Source: Bacteroidetes bacterium 41-46
Lineage (GTDB): Bacteria > Bacteroidota > Bacteroidia > Bacteroidales > UBA932
DNA length: 64,000 bases
NCBI GenBank assembly: GCA_001897515.1
Contig: MKTA01000019.1
Coordinates: 101,726 to 165,725 of the forward strand
Reading direction: 5' to 3'
Shown here: in pieces, positions 1 to 9,889 of the stretch
Layout: the number at the start of each line of letters is the position of its first letter
Numbering within the stretch: the first letter of the stretch is position 1
Program-made: the position numbers and the translations under genes
Notes under the pieces: generated by a model
What the model was told of the DNA's origin: nothing
Seen by the model: the letters and a program-made list of their open reading frames with translations, nothing else
Databases searched by the model: none

Positions 1-375
1 CTCAATATCTCTTAAATCCAGCCTCTTGGCCATAAGACCGCTAACTCCTGGCAAAACTTTGTCTGCATTGGTATGAGCGGAGTAAATTACAATGTCATTT
101 TTTATTGCCTGCTCAACCATTCTCTCCACAACAGTGTCACCAATAATCCTTTTTAATGGAGAAAAGATAAGAGGATGGTGGGTAACTATCATGTCTGCAC
201 CTCTCTCAATTGCCTCATCAAGAACGGCCGGAGTGCAGTCAAGTGCAAGCAGGGCTGAACTCACCTCTTTTTCAGGTCCGCCTATAGTAAAACCCGAGTT
301 ATCCCAACTCTCCTGAATGTTAGTCGGGGCAAAACCCTCAATGGCTGCTGCGACAACGGATGCCTTTATCTTCAT
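1..375 (-). CDS. Nif3-like dinuclear metal center protein (YbgI/SA1388 family), N-terminal part; runs off the window edge
   Basis: Not in the ORF track; translated by hand from ATG at 375 (overlaps the MerR stop): MKIKASVVAAAIEGFAPTNIQESWDNSGFTIGG...LLALDCT...DMIVTHHPLIF...IYSAHTNAD, with the WDNxG, THHP and HTNxD NIF3 motifs. Confidence 0.93.
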   Translation of the reverse strand, partial: MKIKASVVAAAIEGFAPTNIQESWDNSGFTIGGPEKEVSSALLALDCTPAVLDEAIERGADMIVTHHPLIFSPLKRIIGDTVVERMVEQAIKNDIVIYSAHTNADKVLPGVSGLMAKRLDLRDIE

Positions 376-710
376 AAGATCTTCTGAATTTCCTGTAGTC
401 TCTCCTTTATACCTGTCAGCGACTCTATTACATCAACTCTTCTGTCAACCCCATCCTTATTATCTTTCATCCTGTTCAGCGCCCCATCCAGGGTCATTCC
501 CCTCTCCTTTACCAGATAGTAGATGAGCTTGAAGTTGGACACATCATCTGCAGTAAAGAGTCTGTTGCCCTTTTTGTTTCTTGCCGGTTTAATAAACTCA
601 GGGAATTTCTGAGCCCAAAATCTTACAAGAGAGGTGTTCTCCCCAAGCAATTCTGCGACCTCTCCTATTGTGTAGTAAAGTTTTTCAGGCTTGAACTCTT
701 TGTAAGGCAT
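372..710 (-). CDS. MerR-family HTH transcriptional regulator
   Basis: YYTIGEVAELLG...SLVRFW...P.RNKKGNRLFT MerR HTH signature; 112 aa with no effector domain. Confidence 0.9.
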   Translation of the reverse strand: MPYKEFKPEKLYYTIGEVAELLGENTSLVRFWAQKFPEFIKPARNKKGNRLFTADDVSNFKLIYYLVKERGMTLDGALNRMKDNKDGVDRRVDVIESLTGIKERLQEIQKIL

Positions 711-748
711 ATTTCAATATTTTAAAATTTATTATACTCTTTTCCGGC

Positions 749-1702
749 TTAATCTAGCGACTGACCTGTATTCAGAGCTATCATCAGCATCTCTCTGTAC
801 TGACTGGGTGAGAGATCCGCAAAAAAATAATTAATTGGTTCAACCGGCCTTCCGTCCAGATGTACCTCAAAATGGAGATGAGGTGCAAAGGAGAGGCCAC
901 TGTTTCCCACTCTGGCAATTACAGTGCCCTGCTTTACCTGTTGAGATTTTCTAACCAGCAGGTCTCCCAAATGCGAATATACGGTTTTATATCCACCCCA
1001 ATGCTCAATTACTATCTGATTTCCTCTTCCTCTGTCAGATCTTGTAACCTCAGCGACAATCCCGTTTGCAACAGCAATCACCTCGGTTCCAACTGAGGCA
1101 AGCAAATCAACTCCATTATGCATCTCCATTGTTTTGTAAAATGGATGAATTTTCATTCCAAGACTTGCACCTGTCTGATTTACTGCGAGCCCTTTAACTG
1201 GCATAATTGAAGGTATATCCGTTGCATTGTTTGCACCCAGATACTCGTTGTATATAACATCAAGTTTTTCACCTGCCCTGCCAACAAGCTCCTCCACTTC
1301 TAAAGATTTTGATGCAGAATATCTTACTACATCCATATCGTTCATTGAATCAAGGAGCTCATATATTTCCGAACTATATGATGAATTGATAAGATCTGGT
1401 GGTGATGATTTAAAAATATTCATGTAAATCTCCCGGTCCCTCGCCTGAAGATCTGTAAGTACATTCTCCAGCAAATTCATCTTCTCAACAGCTGCCTTGT
1501 ACTCCTTCTCCATAAGCTCACGCTCTCTTAAAAGCCTCTCCTCTTCTCTCGTATTTATAAAAAGGGCAACTATTATGTAATAGAGGACAGCTAAAAGAAT
1601 ACTCCCCAGAAAGTAGCCAAGAAAAACCCTCAGCCTTCCTCGGATTCCCAATCTCTCTTCTACAAACTTAAGCTGATCTTTATTGAATTTATATTTACTC
1701 AT
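749..1702 (-). CDS. M23 family metallopeptidase (peptidoglycan endopeptidase-like), paralog 2
   Basis: N-terminal TM helix, coiled coil, C-terminal HNGVD and HLH zinc motifs. Confidence 0.92.
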   Translation of the reverse strand: MSKYKFNKDQLKFVEERLGIRGRLRVFLGYFLGSILLAVLYYIIVALFINTREEERLLRERELMEKEYKAAVEKMNLLENVLTDLQARDREIYMNIFKSSPPDLINSSYSSEIYELLDSMNDMDVVRYSASKSLEVEELVGRAGEKLDVIYNEYLGANNATDIPSIMPVKGLAVNQTGASLGMKIHPFYKTMEMHNGVDLLASVGTEVIAVANGIVAEVTRSDRGRGNQIVIEHWGGYKTVYSHLGDLLVRKSQQVKQGTVIARVGNSGLSFAPHLHFEVHLDGRPVEPINYFFADLSPSQYREMLMIALNTGQSLD

Positions 1703-1707
1703 CTCTC

Positions 1708-2682
1708 CTAGCCTTTATGTTGAGATGAGGTAGACACAAGAGCCAGAAAAGACTCTGAATCAATATCTCTATTATAGTAGTTTTGAGGATTTACCGGACG
1801 ATTTCTGTACAATACCTCATAGTGAAGGTGTGGCCCTTTAGACCTGCCGGTATTACCCATAAGGGCAATATGCTCTCCCCTTACAACCTGTCTCCCCATT
1901 GATACTAATGAGCTCTTAAGGTGCGCGTATCTTGTTTTGTAACCAAAACCGTGGTCAATAATAATATAGTTACCATAACCAAAGAAGTCAAACCCTATCT
2001 CAACCACCTTACCGTTCCCGGTAGCATAGATTGGTTCTCCAACGGGTCCCGAAAGGTCAATACCATTATGCATCCTGTAAACACCATTAAAAGGGTCGGG
2101 ACGATATCCGAATGAGCTGGAGAATCTGATTTTTGAAGCGGCAATATTAACCGGAGGTATGGCTGGAACACACAGGGCCATTTCATCGGCACTCTTTGCA
2201 AGTTGTGAGACTTCATCAAATGACCTGCTCTGGATAAAAGCCTTCTTGTATAGCTGATCCATATTCATAACCGTAGAGGTAAGAATCCCGGATCTGTCAA
2301 CACTCTCCAGGTAGGAGTATCTGTTAACACCTCCAAAACCGGCATCTCTTACATCCTGAGGAATCTCCTCCATACCGAATATGGGCCTGTAAACATAATT
2401 ATCCCTTATTTCTAAAGCGTTAAGGATCCTGTTAGCCTCCTCAAAGCGTCTGTTCATAAGTGCAAGTCTGTTTGCAAGATCTGCGTTTTCACTTCTTATG
2501 CTAAGAAGCTTAGGCGTCTCCATACCCATATAATGAGTGTATATAAAGTAATACCCAACAGAGATAGCCACACTCAGCAGGAAGAGCCCAAAGCCCTTTG
2601 AGAACCTGGTCTTAACAGAGATTTTATGAATCTCGTATGCTAAAGTTTCCGGATTGAATTTGTATCTCTTGCTCCTTGACAT
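1708..2682 (-). CDS. M23 family metallopeptidase, paralog 1
   Basis: YKFNPETLAYE N-terminus, TM helix, coiled coil, HNGID and HLH motifs. Confidence 0.93.
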   Translation of the reverse strand: MSRSKRYKFNPETLAYEIHKISVKTRFSKGFGLFLLSVAISVGYYFIYTHYMGMETPKLLSIRSENADLANRLALMNRRFEEANRILNALEIRDNYVYRPIFGMEEIPQDVRDAGFGGVNRYSYLESVDRSGILTSTVMNMDQLYKKAFIQSRSFDEVSQLAKSADEMALCVPAIPPVNIAASKIRFSSSFGYRPDPFNGVYRMHNGIDLSGPVGEPIYATGNGKVVEIGFDFFGYGNYIIIDHGFGYKTRYAHLKSSLVSMGRQVVRGEHIALMGNTGRSKGPHLHYEVLYRNRPVNPQNYYNRDIDSESFLALVSTSSQHKG

Positions 2683-2708
2683 TGGGGAATTTTAACCTTA
2701 AATTCGTG

Positions 2709-2744
2709 CAAATTTAAATAATTTTAATAAAAAACCTATTTTTG
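2709..2744. promoter_or_regulatory. Divergent Bacteroidota sigma-A -7 elements (M23 operon / alaS)
   Basis: TAAATTTG on minus (2709-2716) and TATTTTTG on plus (2737-2744), both matching TAnnTTTG. Confidence 0.6.
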
Positions 2745-2781
2745 TCATTCACTTATAAAACCCTCTGGAATATACAATATT

Positions 2782-5391
2782 ATGACATCTAAAGATATAC
2801 GTAAAAATTTCCTGGACTTCTTTGCAAGCAAAGGTCATACCATAGTTCAATCTGCACCTATGGTTGTTAAGGATGATCCAACACTTATGTTCACAAATGC
2901 AGGAATGAATCAGTTTAAAGATTGGTTTTTAGGAAACGAACCTGCAAAATACCCAAGGGTTGCCGACACTCAGAAATGCCTGAGAGTAAGCGGCAAACAC
3001 AACGATCTTGAAGAGGTTGGACACGACAGCTACCACCACACAATGTTTGAAATGCTTGGCAACTGGAGTTTTGGAGATTATTTTAAAAATGATGCGATAG
3101 ATTGGGCTTGGGAGTTATTGACCGGGGTTTACAAACTAAATCCAGACAGGCTCTATACAACAATTTTTGAAGGGAGCGAAGAGGAGGGTATATCTCAGGA
3201 TACAGAAGCGAGAGAGAGGTGGCTTAAGTATCTTCCGCAAGAGAGAATCCTAAATGGAAACAAAAAGGATAATTTCTGGGAGATGGGGGATACCGGTCCA
3301 TGTGGTCCCTGCAGCGAAATACATATAGACCTCAGGGAGGATGAGGAGAGGGCGGCCTTACCCGGCAGAGAGCTTGTCAACAAAGGGCACCATCTTGTGA
3401 TTGAAGTATGGAATCTGGTGTTTATACAATACAACCGAAAGGCAGACGGGACCCTCGTTCCTCTGCCACAAAAGCACGTTGACACAGGCATGGGTCTGGA
3501 GAGGCTTTGTATGGCCATGCAGGGGAAAAAGAGCAACTACGACACTGATGTATTCTCGGGCCTGATATCTGAGATCTCCTCAATGTGCGGCAAGGAGTAT
3601 GGCAAGGATAAGGATATTGATATTGCAATGAGAGTTATTGCAGACCATATAAGGGCAATCAGCTTCTCAATTGCCGATGGTCAGCTGCCGTCAAATGTAA
3701 AGGCCGGCTATGTAATAAGACGAATACTTAGAAGAGCCGTAAGATATGCCTATACTTTTCTTGGAGTTGACGAGCCGTTCCTCTGCAGACTTACACCAAG
3801 ACTTATCAGTGAGATGGGAGATGCCTTCCCTGAACTTAAAAGGAATCAGGAGCTGGTAACAAAGGTTATCAGAGAGGAGGAGGACTCTTTCCTCCGGACT
3901 CTTGAGAAGGGGATCAGGATGCTAGAGAGCCTTATGGCAAAAAACGAAGGAGACAAGACCATCTCTGGCGAGGAGGCATTTATTCTTTACGACACTTATG
4001 GATTTCCACCGGATTTAAGTGATCTGATTGCAAGAGAGAAGGGTTTTAGAATTGACACAGTCGCTTTTGAAAGAGAGCTGGAAAAACAGAAAGAGAGGAG
4101 CAGAAATGCAACATCCAGTCAGGAGGGCGACTGGATTGAGCTGGAGAAATATGCCGGTACAGACTTTATTGGTTACGAGCAGACAGAATCAAGATCAAAA
4201 ATAGTAAGGTACAGAACAGTAAAAACCAAGAACAGAGAGCTCTACCAAATAGTTCTGAATAGAACGCCATTTTATGCCGAGAGTGGCGGTCAGGTGGGGG
4301 ACACCGGATGGCTTGCTTCTGAATCGGGAGAAAGGATAAATATTATAAACACTGTTAAGGAGAACAATCTCCATATTCACATATCTGAGAAGCTTCCGGC
4401 AGATACTTACGGAGAGTTCAGTGCTGTTGTGGACAGTAAAAAGAGGACATCAACTGCCAACAACCACACAGCGACTCACCTTTTGCATAAAGTTCTGAGA
4501 GACATTCTTGGAACTCATATTGAGCAGAAGGGCTCATTGGTAGGCCCTGATTATTTAAGGTTTGACTTCTCCCATTTTGAGAAGATATCCCCTGAAACCC
4601 TCAGAGAGGTTGAAGAGCGGGTAAATGTGCTAATCCGGGATAACAGCGAGAGGGACGAAAAAAGAGAGGTTCCTGTTGAAGAGGCTAAAGCTATGGGTGC
4701 TATGGCTCTGTTTGGCGAAAAGTACGGAGATTCTGTAAGGGTTATTAAATTTGGAGATTCGCTTGAACTGTGCGGAGGTACTCATACTTCAAACACAGGC
4801 AACATCGGGCTATTCAAGATAATCTCTGAGTCAGCAATAGCTGCCGGAGTCAGAAGAATTGAGGCCACAACGGGGGCAAACGCAGAGAGACTTGTATATG
4901 CAAACGAAGATACACTCAACTCTGTAAAGTCAATGTTCAACAACTCGCCAAACCTTATTGCCACTATAAGCAAGGTTATTGAAGAGAACGAAGCTCTAAG
5001 GAAGAGGGTAGAGGATTTTATGAAGGAGAGAGCAGCCGAATTAAAAAAGGCTCTGCTTGCAGAAAAACAGTATATTAATGGTATTAATGTAATAATGTTA
5101 ACAGGAGAACAAAACCCTGAAGTTGTAAAAAATCTTGCTTTCATGCTGAGAGGAGAGAGCAATACAATGCTTGCGGGAGGATACAGCTTTGAGGGTAAAG
5201 CTAATCTAGCCTTAATGTACACAGATGATCTTGTATCTCACGGCAAGAATGCCGGAAAAGATATCAGAGAGGCTGCTAAACTAATATCCGGAGGTGGAGG
5301 GGGACAGCCATTTTTCGCCACTGCCGGAGGTAAAGATATTTCCGGTATAACAGCCGCAGTTGCAAAATTAATAGAGTTGTCTACCAAATAG
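2782..5391 (+). CDS. alaS: Alanine--tRNA ligase
   Basis: [33 protein letters not shown], editing-domain HTATH and ELCGGTH, C-terminal GGGGG DHHA1 domain. Confidence 0.99.
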   Translation: MTSKDIRKNFLDFFASKGHTIVQSAPMVVKDDPTLMFTNAGMNQFKDWFLGNEPAKYPRVADTQKCLRVSGKHNDLEEVGHDSYHHTMFEMLGNWSFGDYFKNDAIDWAWELLTGVYKLNPDRLYTTIFEGSEEEGISQDTEARERWLKYLPQERILNGNKKDNFWEMGDTGPCGPCSEIHIDLREDEERAALPGRELVNKGHHLVIEVWNLVFIQYNRKADGTLVPLPQKHVDTGMGLERLCMAMQGKKSNYDTDVFSGLISEISSMCGKEYGKDKDIDIAMRVIADHIRAISFSIADGQLPSNVKAGYVIRRILRRAVRYAYTFLGVDEPFLCRLTPRLISEMGDAFPELKRNQELVTKVIREEEDSFLRTLEKGIRMLESLMAKNEGDKTISGEEAFILYDTYGFPPDLSDLIAREKGFRIDTVAFERELEKQKERSRNATSSQEGDWIELEKYAGTDFIGYEQTESRSKIVRYRTVKTKNRELYQIVLNRTPFYAESGGQVGDTGWLASESGERINIINTVKENNLHIHISEKLPADTYGEFSAVVDSKKRTSTANNHTATHLLHKVLRDILGTHIEQKGSLVGPDYLRFDFSHFEKISPETLREVEERVNVLIRDNSERDEKREVPVEEAKAMGAMALFGEKYGDSVRVIKFGDSLELCGGTHTSNTGNIGLFKIISESAIAAGVRRIEATTGANAERLVYANEDTLNSVKSMFNNSPNLIATISKVIEENEALRKRVEDFMKERAAELKKALLAEKQYINGINVIMLTGEQNPEVVKNLAFMLRGESNTMLAGGYSFEGKANLALMYTDDLVSHGKNAGKDIREAAKLISGGGGGQPFFATAGGKDISGITAAVAKLIELSTK

Positions 5392-5397
5392 AGAAGA

Positions 5398-6843
5398 TTG
5401 AAAAAACTTGACAGGTTCATAGTTCAGGCCTTTCTGGGTCCGTTTATCCTTACCTTTCTCATCGTTACCTTTGTTCTGATGATGCACTTCCTGTGGCTCT
5501 ATATTGACGAGCTGGTGGGAAAGGGGCTGAGTGTAGGGGTTATCCTGGAGTTTATGGGATGGGGTGCGGCAACACTGATACCGCTGGCCCTGCCTCTGGC
5601 TACACTTCTGGCCTCAATTATGACTATGGGCAGCTTTGGGGAGAATAACGAACTACTGGCAATGAAGGCTGCCGGAATTTCACTAGTCAGAGTACTCTCG
5701 CCTTTGGTAATAGTATCTCTGATAATTGCTACAGGGGCATTTTTTGCATCAAACAATCTGATTCCTCTTGCCTACGACAATATTTATACACTAAGAGACG
5801 ACATCAACAGAACAAAAGAGGAGATAAGCATCCCCACCGGAATATTCTATGATGGAATTGACAACTATGTAATACGAATAGACAGAAGAGCTGATAAGGG
5901 GGATATTCTTTACGATTTAATGGTTTATGACCATTCAAGAACTCAGGGCAATACAAGCGTCACCATTGCAGACTCCGGTGCTATAAGGCTGACTCCCGAC
6001 AAACAGAATCTGCTTTTTACCCTTTATGACGGAAATACATATGAGGAGACTCCACCGGAAAGTATTTCTGACACTACATATCAGTTGCAAAAGGTGGGTT
6101 TTAAAAGGCAAGAGGTAATTATTTCCTTGGAAAACTACGCATTCAAACGTTCAGAATCAGGCAGGTTCAGCGGGGAGGTCAACGCCTTAAATATTGCAGA
6201 GCTCAGATCAATGAGAGACTCTCTGGATACAACCTATAACAAACTAAGAGAGATGCAGGTAAGAAACCTGGTTGTTTCAGGAGGCCTGGTATATGGCTCT
6301 CAGTTTGATCCTCAGAACAGAGGGCACTACTCCTCAAAAGCTGATATAACAAAACTGAGAGACTGGGAGAGCACAGAAATAAAGAAAAATGCATATATCC
6401 AGGCAGTATCCCAACTTACAAGCGCAATACAGATTCTTGATAATTTTGCCCTGGATGAGAAACAGTATCCGCTTCCGCTTAGACAGGCAAAAATTGCTCT
6501 GTACAGAAAATTCACCCTCTCACTTGCTTGTATAATATTCTTTTTCATAGGGGCACCTCTAGGGGCAATAATCAGAAAGGGGGGATTGGGGACACCATCA
6601 GTCATCTCAATACTCTTTTTTGTCTTTTACTGGGTTATTGACATATCCGGCAAAAAGCTCTCAACAGACGGTTCACTCTCTCCGGGAATGGGAACATTGA
6701 TATCAAGCATAATATTAATGCCAATTGGCATTTTCCTTACATGGAAATCAACAAGGGACTCAAATCTGTTCAACCCCGACAAATACATTGCTTTTCTGAG
6801 AAGGCTTACAGGAGTGAAAGAGAAGAGTCAAACTGAAAACTGA
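5398..6843 (+). CDS. lptF: LptF/LptG family LPS export permease (LptF-like), TTG start
   Basis: Three N-terminal TMs, ENNELLAMKAAGISL motif, periplasmic domain, three C-terminal TMs with GAPLGAIIRKGG. Confidence 0.85.
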   Translation: MKKLDRFIVQAFLGPFILTFLIVTFVLMMHFLWLYIDELVGKGLSVGVILEFMGWGAATLIPLALPLATLLASIMTMGSFGENNELLAMKAAGISLVRVLSPLVIVSLIIATGAFFASNNLIPLAYDNIYTLRDDINRTKEEISIPTGIFYDGIDNYVIRIDRRADKGDILYDLMVYDHSRTQGNTSVTIADSGAIRLTPDKQNLLFTLYDGNTYEETPPESISDTTYQLQKVGFKRQEVIISLENYAFKRSESGRFSGEVNALNIAELRSMRDSLDTTYNKLREMQVRNLVVSGGLVYGSQFDPQNRGHYSSKADITKLRDWESTEIKKNAYIQAVSQLTSAIQILDNFALDEKQYPLPLRQAKIALYRKFTLSLACIIFFFIGAPLGAIIRKGGLGTPSVISILFFVFYWVIDISGKKLSTDGSLSPGMGTLISSIILMPIGIFLTWKSTRDSNLFNPDKYIAFLRRLTGVKEKSQTEN

Positions 6844-6848
6844 GTTTT

Positions 6849-7796
6849 ATGAAAAGAGTAGTATATATGGGAACTCCCGGCTTTGCTACAGGACCTCTCA
6901 GAGCTCTTCTGGATGCCGGCTATGAGGTGGCTGCAGTTGTCACGGCGCCCGATAAACCTGCAGGCAGGGGGTTGAACCTTTTAGAGAGTGAGGTGAAAAG
7001 GTTTGCATCCGGCAAAGGTCTTAAAATACTGCAACCCGTATCGCTTAAGGACCCCGATTTCCTTAAGGAGCTTATGTCACTTGATGCCCCTCTGTTTGTT
7101 GTCGTAGCCTTCAGAATGCTTCCAAAAGAGGTGTGGAGCATGCCTGAACTTGGATGTTTCAACCTGCACGCCTCCCTTCTCCCAAACTACAGAGGGGCTG
7201 CACCCATCAACCACGCAATAATAAACGGAGAGACCGAGACAGGCGTAACAACTTTTTTTATTGATGATAAAATAGATACCGGAGAGATTCTTTTTCAGGA
7301 GAGATGTCCCATTGATGAAAGTGAAAACGCCGGATCATTGCATGATAAGTTGATGGCTATAGGTTCCGGTTTAGTTGTGAAGACCGCCGACTCCATATAT
7401 AATGGTGAGGCACTACCCTATCCCCAGAGAGTGGAAGATGCCATCATTAAACCTGCTCCCAAACTAACCAGGGAGACAGGTAAAATTGACTGGGGAAGAG
7501 GTGCAAAAGAGATATATAATCAAATAAGGGGTCTTAGCCCCTACCCCACTGCTTACTCTGAGCTTGTATTTCCTGATAAAACCCTTCAGGTAAAGATCTT
7601 TGAATCTGAGATTGTGTATTCAGACAAACCCTACCCAAATGGAACAATTATAAGGGAGACAAAGAGCTCTTTTCTGGTCTTTTGCGGTGAAAACTGTTTG
7701 AGGATAAATGAACTCCAGCCCTCCGGTAAAAGAAGAATGAAGGCCTCTGAATTTATGGCTGGTATAAGAGATCTTGAGAATTGTAAAATGAGATGA
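6849..7796 (+). CDS. fmt: Methionyl-tRNA formyltransferase
   Basis: VYMGTPGFA, PDKPAGRG, NLHASLLPNYRGAAPI, DTGEI. Confidence 0.98.
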   Translation: MKRVVYMGTPGFATGPLRALLDAGYEVAAVVTAPDKPAGRGLNLLESEVKRFASGKGLKILQPVSLKDPDFLKELMSLDAPLFVVVAFRMLPKEVWSMPELGCFNLHASLLPNYRGAAPINHAIINGETETGVTTFFIDDKIDTGEILFQERCPIDESENAGSLHDKLMAIGSGLVVKTADSIYNGEALPYPQRVEDAIIKPAPKLTRETGKIDWGRGAKEIYNQIRGLSPYPTAYSELVFPDKTLQVKIFESEIVYSDKPYPNGTIIRETKSSFLVFCGENCLRINELQPSGKRRMKASEFMAGIRDLENCKMR

Positions 7797-8422
7797 TAAA
7801 ACCGGTAATTGCCATACTGGCGAACGGGGATTTTCCCACTCACCCCACTTCTTTAGAAATCTTGAGGAGTGCCGATATGATTGTTTGCTGTGACGGTGCC
7901 GCAGAGAGATTGCTGCTGGCGAATATGGAGCCTTATGCAATTGTCGGGGATCTGGACAGCCTCAGCAGGGAGATAAGAGAGAGGTATTCTGCAAGAGTAA
8001 TACATATTCCTGAGCAGGAGACAAATGACCTTACAAAGGCCTTTGAATACTCCCTTAAGCTTAACCCCTCTAAAATTGAGATCCTGGGAGCAACCGGCAA
8101 AAGGGAGGACCACACACTGGGAAACATTTCACTTCTCAGCCTCTTTGGAGAAATTTCACAAGTTCCATTAAGGATGGTGACAGACTTTGGCACCCTCTAT
8201 CCGATATTCAGCACATCCATGTTTAAATCCCGGGCAGGGGCAAAAGTTTCCGTCTTTTCTCTGGATTGCAATATTGAGATGGAGTCTGAGGGCCTTCAAT
8301 ACCCTCTGAAAGGGGTCAAATTTGATTCGTGGTGGAGAGCAACCCTGAATATTGCCACAGGAGAGAATTTTCTGGTTAAATTTAATAGTGGGCGGGTAAT
8401 TGTGTTTATTGCACACCAATAA
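7793..8422 (+). CDS. thiN: Thiamine diphosphokinase
   Basis: CCDGAA, VGDLDS, QETNDLTKA, GATGKREDHTLGN, EGLQYPL motifs. Confidence 0.93.
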   Translation: MIKPVIAILANGDFPTHPTSLEILRSADMIVCCDGAAERLLLANMEPYAIVGDLDSLSREIRERYSARVIHIPEQETNDLTKAFEYSLKLNPSKIEILGATGKREDHTLGNISLLSLFGEISQVPLRMVTDFGTLYPIFSTSMFKSRAGAKVSVFSLDCNIEMESEGLQYPLKGVKFDSWWRATLNIATGENFLVKFNSGRVIVFIAHQ

Positions 8423-8427
8423 AAAAA

Positions 8428-8448
8428 GAGGGCGGTAAAACCGTCCTC
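8428..8448. terminator. Intrinsic terminator between convergent thiN and hup
   Basis: GAGGGCGGT-AAA-ACCGTCCTC hairpin flanked by A7 (a U-tract on the minus strand). Confidence 0.75.
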
Positions 8449-8473
8449 CTTTCTATATACCGGAAAATTCAAA

Positions 8474-8746
8474 TTACTTTACCTTTTTATTAAGTTCAGC
8501 TCCGGCTTTGAATCTTACAACATTTTTAGCTGCAATTTTAATTTTAGCACCGGTACGAGGGTTTCTGCCGTTGCGTGCGTTTCTCTTGTTAACAGAGAAG
8601 GTTCCAAATCCTACGAGAGTTATTCTCTCGCCTTTCTTCATAGATTCTCCTGAAACATCAATAAATGCATCAAGAGCTTTTTTTGCGTCAACTTTTGTAA
8701 GTTCGGCCTTAGCTGCGATTGCTGAAATCAAATCTGCCTTATTCAT
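8474..8746 (-). CDS. hup: DNA-binding protein HU
   Basis: MNKADLI...LVGFGTFSV..R.AR.GRNPRTG; ATG at 8746 gives a 90-aa protein; the longer ORF-track start is unlikely. Confidence 0.97.
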   Translation of the reverse strand: MNKADLISAIAAKAELTKVDAKKALDAFIDVSGESMKKGERITLVGFGTFSVNKRNARNGRNPRTGAKIKIAAKNVVRFKAGAELNKKVK

Positions 8747-8965
8747 AATTTTAAGTTTAGAATGTTGAATTACTTGTGTTTGTACAAATATAGTTTTATT
8801 ATTGAAAAATTCAAACAAATAAGAATAATTTGCAATCCAAATATAAATAATAATCTCAAATTATCATACTATCTGTTGCTCTTTATTTTATAAACACTAA
8901 AAAGTAAAGCAACAGACAATTGTTTTAAAATCGTAAGTTAACATTTTTTTCAGCACGTTAGCATC

Positions 8966-9889
8966 TCATTCTCTCTTTTTTTTCAACATTGACTCCAATT
9001 CATCTATTCTCTTTAATAACCCTTTATACTCCTGGCTCTCCGGGAAGAGCGGTCTGTGGCTCTTCATTTCATAAAGACGCTTATAATCTCTAAGCAGCTC
9101 TTTAGACTCGCTGTTTAGTGCAAAATCTGCAAATCTCTCCCAAATATAATCCGCAGCCCCTACAGATAGATGAACAAGGTCAGGTCCGTAAAACCTGTAA
9201 TCTCTTAGTTCATCCATAACAATCTCATAAGAAGGGAAATACACAACATTTTCAAAACTTTTAGTCAACTCATTTACAGCTAAAAGAAGTCTTGATTTGC
9301 TTAACATATTCTCTACAGCTCCGTCTTTAAAATGCCGTACCGGGCTTACGCTCAAAAACCATCTTCTTGTACCTCCCCGTTCAATTAAAGGGGCAATGTG
9401 GGCTACAATTTCATCAACAGTAAGAGAAAATCTTTCAAAGCTGTCACCGGGTTGTTTATGGCAATTTGAGACCACTCTTCTGTCGGATTTTCTTCTGTAA
9501 ACCCAACTGGTGCCAAAGGTAAGTGAGATTGTATCGGTCTTTTTCAAAAACTCGGATGCGTTTATTAAAGAATCTGTTGTATAATTTATCAAAGAGTGAA
9601 TTTCCGCAGAGGCGTAGTCGCTTGAGTGGTATATGCTTTTGTAAACAGAGCCATCCATCACGACATCCCCTTCGTCAATAGGAGTAGAGTCAAATAGTCT
9701 TATAAGCGAATTGGATATTGAGAGCGGGTTATAAAGCACACCAAACGGATTTGCCAACACTTCAAATCCATATCTCTCCATCCTGGAGCTAATTTCGTCT
9801 GCAAAACATGATCCCAGAAAGAGTACCCTATCCCTGTAAGATATCATTTGTGGTGACCTGCCGGCATCTACCTCTGTAAACCATTTCAT
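8966..9889 (-). CDS. GSCFA domain-containing protein (SGNH-hydrolase-like)
   Basis: LFLGSCFADEI, NPFGVLYNP, SVSPVRH, YFPSYEIVMDELRDYRFY, DLVH. Confidence 0.92.
   Translation of the reverse strand: MKWFTEVDAGRSPQMISYRDRVLFLGSCFADEISSRMERYGFEVLANPFGVLYNPLSISNSLIRLFDSTPIDEGDVVMDGSVYKSIYHSSDYASAEIHSLINYTTDSLINASEFLKKTDTISLTFGTSWVYRRKSDRRVVSNCHKQPGDSFERFSLTVDEIVAHIAPLIERGGTRRWFLSVSPVRHFKDGAVENMLSKSRLLLAVNELTKSFENVVYFPSYEIVMDELRDYRFYGPDLVHLSVGAADYIWERFADFALNSESKELLRDYKRLYEMKSHRPLFPESQEYKGLLKRIDELESMLKKKRE

Noticed and set aside
3195-5420. Minus-strand ORFs inside alaS, and similar 60-146 aa ORFs inside other long genes
   Set aside because: Antisense shadows with no independent support
8747-8818. 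Long N-terminal extensions in the ORF track (HU, cutC, ftsX, cysS, ssb, TonB receptor, DUF4270 and others)
   Set aside because: Longest-ORF artefacts; TAnnTTTG promoter positions and family N-termini indicate downstream starts
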